A DNA stretch of 62,890 nt, the filler included, from Thermodesulfobacteriota bacterium (GTDB taxonomy: Bacteria > DASVDK01), in the NCBI GenBank assembly GCA_036381125.1. It is 7 parts of 7 records of this genome, joined end to end, with 100 filler letters (N's around TTAATTAATTAA, not from the genome) between each part and the next. Parts side by side here need not be neighbours in the genome. Positions count along the whole stretch, not along the records: positions 27,694 to 35,772 come from DASVDK010000021.1; positions 35,873 to 48,201 come from DASVDK010000022.1; 5 more parts are not named here. One strand, given 5' to 3'. Of the stretch, positions 31,676 to 41,092 are shown piece by piece. The position numbers and the translations under genes are program-made. The first letter of the stretch is position 1. Each line of letters starts with the position of its first letter. Below the pieces are notes generated by a model. That model worked only from the letters and a program-made list of their open reading frames with translations. It searched no databases and was not told the origin of the DNA.

Positions 31676-33060
31676 TAGATCCCTCCCACGAAGCGCCCCG
31701 GGTTCAACCGCCCGTCGGGATCGAACTGCGCCTTGAGCGCCTGCATGAGCCTGAGCGGCGGCCCCACGGGGCCCCAGACGTCGACGGCCGCCTTCACGGC
31801 CGCCGGCGCCGATTCGACCACGAGGTGACCGGCGTTCCTGCCGCCCGAGCGCGCCACCTCGCGCAGGTCGCCGAGCGCCGCGGCGAGCGCCGCCGGCTCG
31901 CCGCAGAGCGCCACGCGGGCCGAGCCGCTCCCCGCCTCGGCCGTCGCGACCACGTCGGCCAGGCCGTGCGCCGCCCGCATCGACTCGGCGGCCGCGAGGA
32001 AGGGCGGCACCGCCGTGACGACGAGCGCGGCCCTCGCGATCGCCCAGCTCCGGCCGTCGGCGGCCAGGCGCGCCGGCGCGTTGCGCACCGCCTCCCAGAA
32101 GGCGGCCTGCCGCTCGCCGTCGAGCAGCCGGTCGTGCCGCACGCCGAGCCCCGCGGCCGTGTCGCGGACGGCGACGACCTGCGAGGCGACCTCGTCGGCG
32201 ATCCCGCCGAAGGCGATGGCCACGAGCACCCGGCCGTCGGGCAACGCCGAGAAGTCCGGCAGCGCGCGGACCGCCCCTCCCGAGACGATCTCCATCGCGG
32301 TCGGCAGGAGATGGGAGTCGAGCACCCTGGCGACCAGGCTGCCGGCCACGTCGAGGCTCGGCATCTCGACCACCCAGGTCCGCTCCTCGGCGGGCCTCGG
32401 GTGGAGCTTGACCGTCACCCCGGCGATCACCGCGAGCGTCCCGAGCGAGCCGATGTAGAGCTTGTTCATGTCGTACCCGGTGACGTTCTTGACGACCTTC
32501 GCCCCGCCCTTGGTGATCGTCCCGTCGGCGTGCACCACGCGGATGCCGATGACGAGGTCGCGCGCCGTGCCGTACCGGAGCCGCGAGGGCCCGCTCGCGT
32601 TGGCGGCGAGGACGCCGCCGAGCGTGGCGCGGTCGGCGTGCGGCGGGTCGAGGGCGAGCCACTGGCCCGCCCGCCCGAGGTGGGCGTTCGCGTCGGCCAG
32701 GCGGATGCCGGCCTCGAACGTCGCCGTGAGGTCGGCCGGCTCGTGCTCCACCACCCGGTTCATCCGCTCGACGCTCGCCACGAGGTCGACCCGCGCGGGC
32801 GTCGCGCCGAGCGACTGCTTCGTGCCGCCGCCCCAGGGGGCCACGACGGCCCCGAGCTCGGTCGCGACCCGCAGGAGGGCCGACAGCTCCTCGATCGTCC
32901 CCGGCCGTGCCACCACGGCCGGCAGGACGCCGTCGACGGCGTACCGGGGCCGATCGGCCCGCGGCGCCACCGCGTCGCGGCCGAGGACCTCGGCCACGCG
33001 TGCCTCGAGGCGCGCCGGATCGGGCGCCTGCGTCTCGGGTCGAGCCGCTGCCGTGGACAT
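31675..33060 (-). CDS. glcE: Glycolate oxidase FAD subunit GlcE
   Basis: HEPADLT, ATLGG..GPSRLRYG, GAKVVKNVTGYDM, GSLGTL, FDPDGRLNPGRF. Confidence 0.88.
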   Translation of the reverse strand: MSTAAARPETQAPDPARLEARVAEVLGRDAVAPRADRPRYAVDGVLPAVVARPGTIEELSALLRVATELGAVVAPWGGGTKQSLGATPARVDLVASVERMNRVVEHEPADLTATFEAGIRLADANAHLGRAGQWLALDPPHADRATLGGVLAANASGPSRLRYGTARDLVIGIRVVHADGTITKGGAKVVKNVTGYDMNKLYIGSLGTLAVIAGVTVKLHPRPAEERTWVVEMPSLDVAGSLVARVLDSHLLPTAMEIVSGGAVRALPDFSALPDGRVLVAIAFGGIADEVASQVVAVRDTAAGLGVRHDRLLDGERQAAFWEAVRNAPARLAADGRSWAIARAALVVTAVPPFLAAAESMRAAHGLADVVATAEAGSGSARVALCGEPAALAAALGDLREVARSGGRNAGHLVVESAPAAVKAAVDVWGPVGPPLRLMQALKAQFDPDGRLNPGRFVGGI

Positions 33061-33071
33061 GGGATCGCTCC

Positions 33072-34529
33072 TCAGAACCGCTGGGCCAGGCCGGCCGCCT
33101 CGATCGGGTGCGGCGCGCGGTGGGACGAGGCCACCTCGCCGCAGGCGCGCGAGGTGGGGAAGATCTTCCCCGGGTTCATGCGGCCGTCCGGGTTGAAGAC
33201 CGCCCTCAGCTTGCGCATGGCGTCGAGATCGGCCTCGTCGAACATGAGCGGCATGAAGTCCATCTTCTCGATGCCGACGCCGTGCTCGCCGGTGATGCTG
33301 CCCCCCGCCTCGATGCAGGCGCGCATCATGTCGGCCCCGGCGGCAACGGCCCGCTCGAGCTGGCCCGGCTGGCTGTTGTCGTAGAGGACGAGCGGGTGGA
33401 GGTTGCCGTCGCCGGCGTGGAAGACGTTGGCCACCTTGAGCCCCTGTCGCGCGGCCGCCTCCTCGACGACGCGCAGGATCGGCAGGAGCCGGGTCCGCGG
33501 GATCACGGCGTCCTGCACGTAGTAGTCGGGGCTGATGCGCCCCATCGCGCCGAAGGCGTTCTTGCGCCCCTTCCAGAGGAGGGCCCGCTCCGCCTCGTCC
33601 CGCGCGACCCGGATCTCGCGGACGCGGCAGTCGCGCAGGACCCGCTCGACGACTGCCATCTGCGCGTCGAGTCCGGCGGCGAGCCCGTCGAGCTCGACGA
33701 GGAGCACCGCGCCGGCGTCGGTCGGGTAACCGGCGTTCACCGCCGCCTCCACCGCCTGGATGGAGAGGTTGTCCATCATCTCGATGGCGGCCGGGATGAT
33801 GCCGGCGGCGATGATCCCCGAGACGGCGCGCGAGCCGTCGTCCATCTCGTCGAACACGGCCAGCACCGTCTTCACCGCCTGGGGCTTCTTCAGGATGCGG
33901 ACCTCCACCTCGACCACCACGCCGAAGGTCCCCTCGGACCCCACGAACGCGCCGACCAGGTCGTAGCCGAGCGCGTCGCTCGCCCGGCCGCCAAGGTGGA
34001 GGCGCTCGCCGTCCGGCAGGACCACGTCGAGGCCCAGGACGTGGTTCGTCGTGACCCCGTACTTGAGGCAGTGGGGGCCGCCCGAGTTCTCGGCGACGTT
34101 GCCCCCGATCGTGCAGGCCTTCTGCGAGGCGGGGTCGGGCGCGTAGTAGTAGCCGTACGGGGCGAGCGCCTCCGAGAGCCAGAGGTTCACGACGCCCGGC
34201 TGGACGACGGCGCGCTGGTTGGGGATGTCGATCTCCACGATGGACATCATGCGCGAGAGGCCGATCATGATGCCCCCCTCGACCGGCAGGCAGCCGCCGG
34301 AGAGCCCGGTGCCGGCGCCGCGGGGGATGAAGACGATCCCCTCCTCCTTGCAGAGGCGCACGACCGCCTCGACCTCCTCGCCGGTCCTCGGCAGCACGAC
34401 GAGGTCTGGCGGGTGTTTGAAGCCGGTGAGGCCGTCGCACTCGTAGGCCGCAAGCTCGTCCGGGTCGACGATGACGGCGTCCGGCCCCACGATGGCGCCG
34501 AGCCGGCCGGCGATGCGCCGCACGTCCAT
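33072..34529 (-). CDS. glcD: Glycolate oxidase subunit GlcD (FAD-linked oxidase)
   Basis: PRGAGTGLSGG, PDPASQKACTIGGNVAENSGG, GSEGT, FHAGDGNLHP, GEHGVG. Confidence 0.92.
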   Translation of the reverse strand: MDVRRIAGRLGAIVGPDAVIVDPDELAAYECDGLTGFKHPPDLVVLPRTGEEVEAVVRLCKEEGIVFIPRGAGTGLSGGCLPVEGGIMIGLSRMMSIVEIDIPNQRAVVQPGVVNLWLSEALAPYGYYYAPDPASQKACTIGGNVAENSGGPHCLKYGVTTNHVLGLDVVLPDGERLHLGGRASDALGYDLVGAFVGSEGTFGVVVEVEVRILKKPQAVKTVLAVFDEMDDGSRAVSGIIAAGIIPAAIEMMDNLSIQAVEAAVNAGYPTDAGAVLLVELDGLAAGLDAQMAVVERVLRDCRVREIRVARDEAERALLWKGRKNAFGAMGRISPDYYVQDAVIPRTRLLPILRVVEEAAARQGLKVANVFHAGDGNLHPLVLYDNSQPGQLERAVAAGADMMRACIEAGGSITGEHGVGIEKMDFMPLMFDEADLDAMRKLRAVFNPDGRMNPGKIFPTSRACGEVASSHRAPHPIEAAGLAQRF

Positions 34530-34533
34530 GACG

Positions 34534-34893
34534 TTACCCCTTCTTCTTCTCGAAGAGCGCCGCGTAGCGGGCCCGATCGAAGCCGACGATCACCTCGCGG
34601 CCGGTGTCGAGGATGGGGCGGCGCACGAGCCGCGGCTCCTTCGCCATGAGCGCCATCGTCCTCGCCGTGACCGGCGCGTCCGGGTCGATGCCGTGCGTCT
34701 TGATCTCCGCCGTACGGCGCGACAGGAGGTCCCCGTCGACGACGCGCGCGGAAAGGTCCTTGATCTCCTCGAGCGTGAGCGGCGCCTTGAAGAGGTCCCG
34801 CACCTCGATGTCGGCCCTGGCCTGCGAAAGGAACTCCTTCGCGTTGCGGCAGCCGGTTCAGCCCGGCTTCCAGTAGAAGGTCATGCGCGCCAC
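34534..34893 (-). CDS. ArsC/Spx-family thioredoxin-fold protein with UxxC motif; probable selenoprotein (UGA at 34858-34860)
   Basis: GTG after GGGAGG RBS gives MARMTFYWKPG-UGA-TGCRNAKEFL..EVRDLFKAPLTLEEIKDL..PRLVRRPIL..VGFD. The UGA sits exactly at the first Cys of the ArsC/Spx CxxC. Confidence 0.82.
34824..34842 (-). promoter_or_regulatory. Candidate bacterial SECIS hairpin
   Basis: GCGAAGG-AGTT-CCTTTCGC stem-loop begins 15 nt after the UGA and has a G in the apical loop. Confidence 0.6.
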
Positions 34894-34926
34894 GGCTCCC
34901 CTCCCACCGTTGTCGAGGTATAGTGC

Positions 34927-34946
34927 GACATCAGACGTCAGATGTC
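34927..34946. promoter_or_regulatory. Candidate FadR/GntR operator GACATCAGACGTCAGATGTC
   Basis: Imperfect palindrome (also a TCAGAY direct repeat) between the divergent regulator and the arsC-like/glc operon. Confidence 0.55.
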
Positions 34947-34984
34947 TCAAGCGTAGGGCCCGCCGGGAGGCCTGTCAAGGAGCG

Positions 34985-35710
34985 ATGGTGTCGCGCAGAC
35001 CGCTGCCCGAGGAGGTGGCCGGGATCCTCGCCGAAGAGATCCGGACGGGACGTCTCCCGGCCGGCGCCTTCCTGCCGGCCGAGCCGCGGCTCATCGAGCG
35101 TTTCGGCGTGAGCCGGCCGGTCGTGCGCGAGGCGACCCGCATCCTCGCCGCGCGCGGCCTGGTGGAGGTGCGCCGCGGCGTCGGGGTCGTGGTGCGCGAC
35201 GCGCCCGATCCGAACCTCGGCGACGCGCTCGCCGCGCGCATCCGCAGCGATGCCGGCGTCCTGCGCGACATCTGGGACGTGCGGATGATGCTCGAGCCGG
35301 CCGTGGCCGCGGCCGCCGCCGAGCGGGCCACTGCCGAGGAGGTCGACGCCATCGCCCGTGCGGCGGAGGCGCTCGAGGCGGCCTCCGACCCCGTGGGGGC
35401 GGACCTGGCCTTCCACGAGGCGGTCATGCGGGCGGCCCACAACGGCGTCGTGGCGCTCATCCTCGCCCCGCTCGGCGACCTGCTGCGCGCCGAGCGGGCG
35501 GCGACCCTCCGCATGGGCCTCGACGCGGCGTCTCGCGGCCACCGGCGGGTCGCCGCCGCCATCGCCGCCCGCGACGCCGCCGCCGCCCGCGCCGCCATGG
35601 CGGAGCACCTCGTCGAGGCCCGTCGAGGACTCGAGCGCGCGCTGGCCGCTCCGGAGCGCGAGCCGGTCGCTGCAACGGATGCTCCAGGCACCGGACGGCA
35701 CCAGGGGTGA
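34985..35710 (+). CDS. FadR/GntR-family regulator (GlcC-like position)
   Basis: LPAEPRLIERFGVSRPVVREA..GLVEVRRGVG; FCD motif DLAFHEAV..AHN. Confidence 0.9.
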   Translation: MVSRRPLPEEVAGILAEEIRTGRLPAGAFLPAEPRLIERFGVSRPVVREATRILAARGLVEVRRGVGVVVRDAPDPNLGDALAARIRSDAGVLRDIWDVRMMLEPAVAAAAAERATAEEVDAIARAAEALEAASDPVGADLAFHEAVMRAAHNGVVALILAPLGDLLRAERAATLRMGLDAASRGHRRVAAAIAARDAAAARAAMAEHLVEARRGLERALAAPEREPVAATDAPGTGRHQG

Positions 35711-35772
35711 CGGGGCGCGGCATCGCCGCCCCCGCGTTCCCGCCTCGACCGGCGTACCGGCCCTACTGATCG

Positions 35773-35872
35773 NNNNNNNNNNNNNNNNNNNNNNNNNNNN
35801 NNNNNNNNNNNNNNNNTTAATTAATTAANNNNNNNNNNNNNNNNNNNNNNNNNNNNNNNNNNNNNNNNNNNN
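35773..35872. other. Artificial contig linker
   Basis: N-TTAATTAATTAA-N. Confidence 0.97.
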
Positions 35873-37807
35873 CTGGTCTCCGCCATGTTCGCGGCCGACC
35901 GGCCCGCCTCGCCGACGGCGCGCCGCCTCCTCGGCGCGCTTCGGGCCGCGTGGCGTGCGGTCGCGGCCGTTCCGGGCCGGATCGCGGGCGGGCTGGCCGC
36001 CCGGCGCGCGGCGCGCGAGGCGGCCAGGGAGACCGCCGCGGCCGCCGCGGCCACGACCGCCATCGCCGTCTCCCGCCACGGCAAGGCGCCCATCCCGGTG
36101 CCGGCCGAGTCGATCGAGGTGCTCCCGGCGCGCCGCCGGAAGCGGGCCGCGGGCGACGCCGTCGTGCCCGAGGCGCGCGGCCCGGAGGACGACGCCACGG
36201 ACGTGACGCCGGCCGGACAGCCCGCCATCCGGGTGGTCGAGCGCGCCGAGGCGACCGTGGCCGGCAAGGCGACGCGCAAGGGGCGGCGGAGCGGCGACGA
36301 GGAGACGCCCCCTCTGCTGCTCATCGACAGCCAGGACCAGGCGAAGAAGGCGGGCTTCCGGTTGCCGACGGTGGCCTTCCTCGACGCGCCCGCGCCGAAC
36401 CCCAGGGCGGCGATCACCCGGGACGAGCTGCTCGCCAACGCCCGCCTCCTCGAGAACAAGCTCCGCGAGTTCGGCGTCGAGGGCCGGGTGACCGAGGTGC
36501 ACCCGGGGCCGGTCATCACCATGTACGAGTACGAGCCGGCGCCGGGCGTCAAGGTGAACCGCATCGTCAACCTCGCCGACGACCTCGCCATGGCGCTGCG
36601 GGCGCTCTCGGTGCGCATCGTCGCCCCGCTGCCGCACAAGGCGGCGGTCGGCATCGAGGTGCCCAACGCCGTACGCGAGCACGTCGCGCTGCGCGAGATC
36701 CTCACGGCCGAGCCGTTCGTCGCGAGCGCCTCGCCGCTCACCTTCGGCCTCGGCAAGGACACGGCCGGCGTGCCGGTCGCCATCGACCTGGCCCGGATGC
36801 CGCACCTCCTCGTGGCCGGCGCCACCGGCTCGGGCAAGAGCGTGTCGGTCAACGCCATGATCGTGAGCGTCCTGCTCAAGGCCACGCCCGAGCAGGTGCG
36901 CCTCCTCATGGTCGATCCGAAGATGCTCGAGCTGAACGTCTACGACGGCATCCCGCACCTCCTGCTGCCGGTCGTCACCGAGCCCAAGAAGGCGGCCGCC
37001 GCGCTCCGCTGGGGCGTCATGGAGATGGAGCGGCGCTACCGGCTGCTTGCCGACGCCGGCGTCCGCAACATCGACCAGTACAACCGGAACGTGAACGAGG
37101 GGAAGGTCCAGCCGAAGGCCGACGAGGAGCCGCCGCGGCCGCTCCCCTACATCATGATCGTCGTCGACGAGCTGGCCGACCTGATGATGGTGATCGGCCG
37201 CGAGATCGAGGAGTCGATCGCCAGGCTCGCGCAGAAGGCGCGCGCCGCCGGCATCCACCTGCTCCTCGCGACGCAGCGGCCGTCGGTGGACGTCATCACC
37301 GGCCTCATCAAGGCGAACTTCCCGGCGCGCATCGCCTTCCAGGTGGCGAGCAAGGTGGACAGCCGCACGATCCTCGACACGAACGGCGCCGAGCACCTCC
37401 TGGGGCAGGGCGACATGCTGCTCCTGCCGCCCGGGTCGTCGAAGCTGCAGCGGATTCACGGCGCGTACGTGAGCGAGGTCGAGATCAAGCGGATCGTCGA
37501 CTTCCTGAAGGCGCAGGCCGAGCCCGAGTACGACGAGTCGATCCTCGAGGGGGCCGACGACGACGAGCCCGGGCTGCTCGACGACGAGGAGGTCGATCCG
37601 AAGTACGACGAGGCGATCCAGGTGGTCTCGGAGGCGCGGATGGCCTCGACCTCGCTCATCCAGCGGCGGCTGCGCATCGGCTACAACCGGGCGGCCCGGA
37701 TGATCGAGCGGATGGAGCGCGAGGGGATCGTCGGACCCGGCGACGGCAGCAAGCCGCGTGAGGTCCTCGTCGGCCGGATCGGCCGCACGGGGCCGGACCG
37801 GGTATGA
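35873..37807 (+). CDS. ftsK: DNA translocase FtsK (N-terminus missing)
   Basis: GPVITMYE, MPHLLVAGATGSGKS, VDELADLMM, ATQRPSVDV, gamma domain IQRRLRIGYNRAAR. Confidence 0.96.
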   Translation: MVSAMFAADRPASPTARRLLGALRAAWRAVAAVPGRIAGGLAARRAAREAARETAAAAAATTAIAVSRHGKAPIPVPAESIEVLPARRRKRAAGDAVVPEARGPEDDATDVTPAGQPAIRVVERAEATVAGKATRKGRRSGDEETPPLLLIDSQDQAKKAGFRLPTVAFLDAPAPNPRAAITRDELLANARLLENKLREFGVEGRVTEVHPGPVITMYEYEPAPGVKVNRIVNLADDLAMALRALSVRIVAPLPHKAAVGIEVPNAVREHVALREILTAEPFVASASPLTFGLGKDTAGVPVAIDLARMPHLLVAGATGSGKSVSVNAMIVSVLLKATPEQVRLLMVDPKMLELNVYDGIPHLLLPVVTEPKKAAAALRWGVMEMERRYRLLADAGVRNIDQYNRNVNEGKVQPKADEEPPRPLPYIMIVVDELADLMMVIGREIEESIARLAQKARAAGIHLLLATQRPSVDVITGLIKANFPARIAFQVASKVDSRTILDTNGAEHLLGQGDMLLLPPGSSKLQRIHGAYVSEVEIKRIVDFLKAQAEPEYDESILEGADDDEPGLLDDEEVDPKYDEAIQVVSEARMASTSLIQRRLRIGYNRAARMIERMEREGIVGPGDGSKPREVLVGRIGRTGPDRV

Positions 37808-38553
37808 AGGGGAGGCTCGTCGCCGTGCTGATCGCGGCGGTCGCCACGGCGCAGGCGGCCGGCGCGGCCCAGCCGACCGGGGCGCCCGGTCCGGCCGGCG
37901 GGAGCGAGGCGGCCGGGACGCCCGGCTCGGCCGCGACGCTCGTGCCGGGCCTCCACGAGACGGCGCTGCGCGTGCAGCAGACGTACGACCAGACGCGCGA
38001 CCTGACGGCCCGCTTCACGCAGGAGTCCACCTCGGCGGCGCTCGGGCGCAGCCAGCGCGCCGAGGGGCGCGTGACGATTCGCAAGCCGGGCAAGATGCGG
38101 TGGGACTACGAGGGCCGGTCGGGCAAGCCCGGCCAGGTGATCGTGAGCGACGGCAAGACGCTCTGGATCTACAACCCGGAGGACAGGAGCGTCATCAAGA
38201 GCGAGATCGGGGGGGCGCTCGAGCGGACGCCGCTCGCCTTCCTCATGGGGCTCGGCGAGCTGACCCGCGACTTCGAGGTGGGCCGCCCGCCGGCCGACCT
38301 CGCGCTCGGCCGTCCGGGGGACGTCGTGCTCGAGTTGACGCCGAAGGAGGCGATCGCGGCGCTCCAGAACCTCTACCTGGCCGTCGACCCGGAGCGGGCG
38401 CTCGTCACGGCCGCGCTCATCGTGGATCCCTTCGGCAACCGGACCCGGCTCGCGTTCGAGGACATCCGGACCAACACCGGCGTCCCGGAGTCGCGCTTCG
38501 CCTTCACCGTGCCGCCCGGCGTGCAGGTCGTCACGCCGCCGCGGCTCCAATAG
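37804..38553 (+). CDS. lolA: Outer-membrane lipoprotein carrier LolA
   Basis: ARFTQ, KPGKMRWDY, SDGKTLWIY, FAFTVPPGV. Follows ftsK. Confidence 0.85.
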   Translation: MKGRLVAVLIAAVATAQAAGAAQPTGAPGPAGGSEAAGTPGSAATLVPGLHETALRVQQTYDQTRDLTARFTQESTSAALGRSQRAEGRVTIRKPGKMRWDYEGRSGKPGQVIVSDGKTLWIYNPEDRSVIKSEIGGALERTPLAFLMGLGELTRDFEVGRPPADLALGRPGDVVLELTPKEAIAALQNLYLAVDPERALVTAALIVDPFGNRTRLAFEDIRTNTGVPESRFAFTVPPGVQVVTPPRLQ

Positions 38554-38565
38554 GGGTAGAGGACC

Positions 38566-39054
38566 ATGCCGTCGTTCGACGTCGTCTCGCAGGTGAACCT
38601 CCAGGAGGTCGACAACGCCCTCAACCAGGCGATCAAGGAGATCCAGACCCGGTACGACTTCAAGGGGTCGAAGTCGGAGATCCGCCGCGGCGACAAGGGC
38701 GCCTTCACGATCATCGCCGACGACGAGTTCAAGCGAAAGGCGGTGGTCGACATCGTCCAGTCGAAGCTCGCGAAGCGGGGCGTCTCCATCAAGGCGATGC
38801 AGCTCGGCAAGGTCGAGCCGGCCGCGGGAGGCACCGTCCGCCAGGAGGTGACCTTCCTCTCGGGGATCCCGACCGAGAAGGGCAAGGAGATCGTGAAGCA
38901 CCTCAAGGAGACGAAGCTCAAGGTCCAGGGGGCCATCCAGGACGAGCAGGTGCGGGTCTCCGGCAAGAGCAAGGACGAGCTGCAGGCGGCCATCCAGGCC
39001 ATCAAGTCGAAGGACTTCGGCCTCGACCTGCAGTTCACGAACTATCGGGACTAG
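38566..39054 (+). CDS. yajQ: YajQ-family nucleotide/c-di-GMP-binding protein
   Basis: [34 protein letters not shown]. Confidence 0.95.
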   Translation: MPSFDVVSQVNLQEVDNALNQAIKEIQTRYDFKGSKSEIRRGDKGAFTIIADDEFKRKAVVDIVQSKLAKRGVSIKAMQLGKVEPAAGGTVRQEVTFLSGIPTEKGKEIVKHLKETKLKVQGAIQDEQVRVSGKSKDELQAAIQAIKSKDFGLDLQFTNYRD

Positions 39055-39055
39055 C

Positions 39056-40402
39056 TTGGCGAAATCCGTCTACTACGTCTCCCTCGGCTGCCCCAAGAAC
39101 TTCGTGGACACCGAGGTCATGCTCGGAGCCCTCGACCGGGCGGAGTACCGGCCGGTGTCGGACCCGGCCGAGGCCGACGTCCTCGTCGTCAACACCTGCG
39201 CCTTCATCCGCGAGGCGAAGGAGGAGTCGGTCGAGACCATCCTCGAGCTGGCCGAGTACAAGCGGCCGGGGAAGGGGCGGGCGTCGACGCTGGTCGTCAC
39301 CGGCTGCCTGTCGCAGCGCTACGCGCCCGAGCTGAAGCGCGAGATGCCGGAGGTCGACCTCTTCATCGGCACCGGCGACTACGCGAAGCTGCCGGACCTG
39401 CTCGAGCTGCCGCGCGAGGCGCAGCGCGCCTTCACCATCGGGCCGGCCGGCTACCTCCCCGGCGCCGGCGACACGCGGCCCACGACCGTCGGCAAGGCGA
39501 CGGCCTACCTGAAGATCTCCGAGGGCTGCAACCACACCTGCGCCTTCTGCATCATCCCGAGCCTGCGGGGCCGGCTCGTCTCGCGCCCGATGGACGACGT
39601 CGTCGCCGAGGCGGCGCGGCTCGCCGCCGGCGGCACCAGGGAGCTGATCGTCGTCTCCCAGGACACGACCGCCTACGGCCACGACCGGCGCGACGGCACG
39701 GCGCTGCCGGCGCTCGCGCGGCGGCTCGCCGCGATCCCGGGCCTCGAGTGGATCAGGCTCATGTACGCCTACCCGAGCGAGGTGACCGACGAGCTGATCG
39801 ACCTCCTCGCCGGGGAGCCGAAGCTCTGCGCCTATCTCGACGTGCCGATCCAGCATGTCGCCGACCCGGTGCTCCGGGCCATGCGCCGCAAGGGGGACGG
39901 GGGGCAGATCCGCCGGCTGGTCGAACGGCTGCGCGCCCGCGTGCCGAACCTCGCCCTGCGCACGAGCGTCATCGTCGGCTTCCCCGGGGAGACCGACCGC
40001 GACTTCGAGGCGCTCCTGCGCTTCGTCGAGGAGGGGCACTTCGACCACCTCGGCGTGTTCCGCTTCTCGAAGGAGGAGGGGACCCACGCCGACACGCTCG
40101 AAGGACAGGTCCCCGAGCGGATCAAGCGCCAGCGTCGCTCGGCGATCATGCGGGCCCAGGCGAAGGTGGCGGCCGCCAGGAACCGCGCGCGCGTCGGGAC
40201 GGTTCAACGTGTACTGGTCGAGGGGGTGAGCGCGGAGACCGATCTCCTCCTGCGCGGGCGGACGAGCCAGCAGGCGCCGGAGATCGACGGGATGACTTAC
40301 CTGAACGCTGGGCAGGCGCCCGCCGGGGCCATCGTCGACGCCCGGGTCGAGGCCGCTCACGGATACGACCTCGTCGCCGGAATTGTTGACAACCCCGCGT
40401 AA
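39056..40402 (+). CDS. rimO: Ribosomal protein S12 methylthiotransferase
   Basis: SLGCPKN, VNTCAFI, KISEGCNHTCAFCIIP, IRLMYAYP, IVGFPGET, APEIDG (TRAM). Confidence 0.93.
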   Translation: MAKSVYYVSLGCPKNFVDTEVMLGALDRAEYRPVSDPAEADVLVVNTCAFIREAKEESVETILELAEYKRPGKGRASTLVVTGCLSQRYAPELKREMPEVDLFIGTGDYAKLPDLLELPREAQRAFTIGPAGYLPGAGDTRPTTVGKATAYLKISEGCNHTCAFCIIPSLRGRLVSRPMDDVVAEAARLAAGGTRELIVVSQDTTAYGHDRRDGTALPALARRLAAIPGLEWIRLMYAYPSEVTDELIDLLAGEPKLCAYLDVPIQHVADPVLRAMRRKGDGGQIRRLVERLRARVPNLALRTSVIVGFPGETDRDFEALLRFVEEGHFDHLGVFRFSKEEGTHADTLEGQVPERIKRQRRSAIMRAQAKVAAARNRARVGTVQRVLVEGVSAETDLLLRGRTSQQAPEIDGMTYLNAGQAPAGAIVDARVEAAHGYDLVAGIVDNPA

Positions 40403-40413
40403 GCAGGTACTAT
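40386..40413 (+). promoter_or_regulatory. Sigma70-like promoter TTGACA-N16-TACTAT for the dksA-like gene
   Basis: Near-consensus hexamers at the end of rimO. Confidence 0.55.
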
Positions 40414-40445
40414 AGCGGGTCTTTTTACCAGCGGAAGGAGTCCGG

Positions 40446-40883
40446 ATGGCGACCAAGCCCGGCGCCCGCGACCCGATGACCGAGATGCGGGACATCCTCC
40501 TCAGGATGCGCAAGACGCTCCTCGGCGAGATCCGGGACAACGTCAAGGAGGAGAGCGACTACCTCAAGGCGCCCGCCACCGGGGACATCTACGACCTGGC
40601 GTCGTCGGAGCGCGAGCGCGAGTTGTCCCTCCTCCTCGGCGACCGGGACCGCGAGAAGCTCAACGAGATCAACGAGGCGCTGCGCCGGATCGAGGACGGC
40701 TCGTACGGCTACTGCGAGGAGTGCGGCGAGCGGATCGGCATCGGGCGGCTCAAGGCGATGCCCTTCACGCAGCTCTGCGTGGAGTGCAAGTCGCGGCTCG
40801 AGAAGGAGATCGGCTCCCGCAAGCGCTTCGACGAGGAGTCGACGTACCGCGATCTCTCGGTGAGCGACGACGACGACGAGTAG
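40446..40883 (+). CDS. dksA: DksA/TraR-family C4 zinc-finger protein
   Basis: DIYDLA coiled-coil tip; ALRRIEDGSYGYCEECGERI..RL.AMP..LCVEC. Confidence 0.85.
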   Translation: MATKPGARDPMTEMRDILLRMRKTLLGEIRDNVKEESDYLKAPATGDIYDLASSERERELSLLLGDRDREKLNEINEALRRIEDGSYGYCEECGERIGIGRLKAMPFTQLCVECKSRLEKEIGSRKRFDEESTYRDLSVSDDDDE

Positions 40884-40911
40884 GCTCGCACCCGGCGCCC
40901 ACGGCGCTCAC

Positions 40912-40951
40912 GAGGGGCCGGCTCCCGCCGGGAGCCGGCCCCTTCGTGTTT
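40912..40951. terminator. Hairpin terminator after dksA-like gene
   Basis: GGGGCCGGCTCCC-GCC-GGGAGCCGGCCCC followed by TTCGTGTTT. Confidence 0.65.
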
Positions 40952-41092
40952 CGGCGTCCGTCGCGGATGCCGCAACGTGCCTGCGGCATCGCCGTCCCTG
41001 CCTCGATTCCGCCGGTCATCGTCGGCGTCGCGGCCTCCGAGACGCCGATCGCCCGCCGGGCGGCCCGCCCGGCCGGTTCTCCTCGCCGCGTC

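Noticed and set aside
31675-34440. 921-aa and 781-aa ORFs as glcD-E or glcE-F fusions
   Set aside because: The extensions are off-frame overlaps; each subunit has its own start and stop.
34858-34860. Nonsense mutation making the arsC-like gene a pseudogene
   Set aside because: The UGA falls exactly on the redox Cys position and is followed by a SECIS-like hairpin, so Sec is more likely, though unproven.
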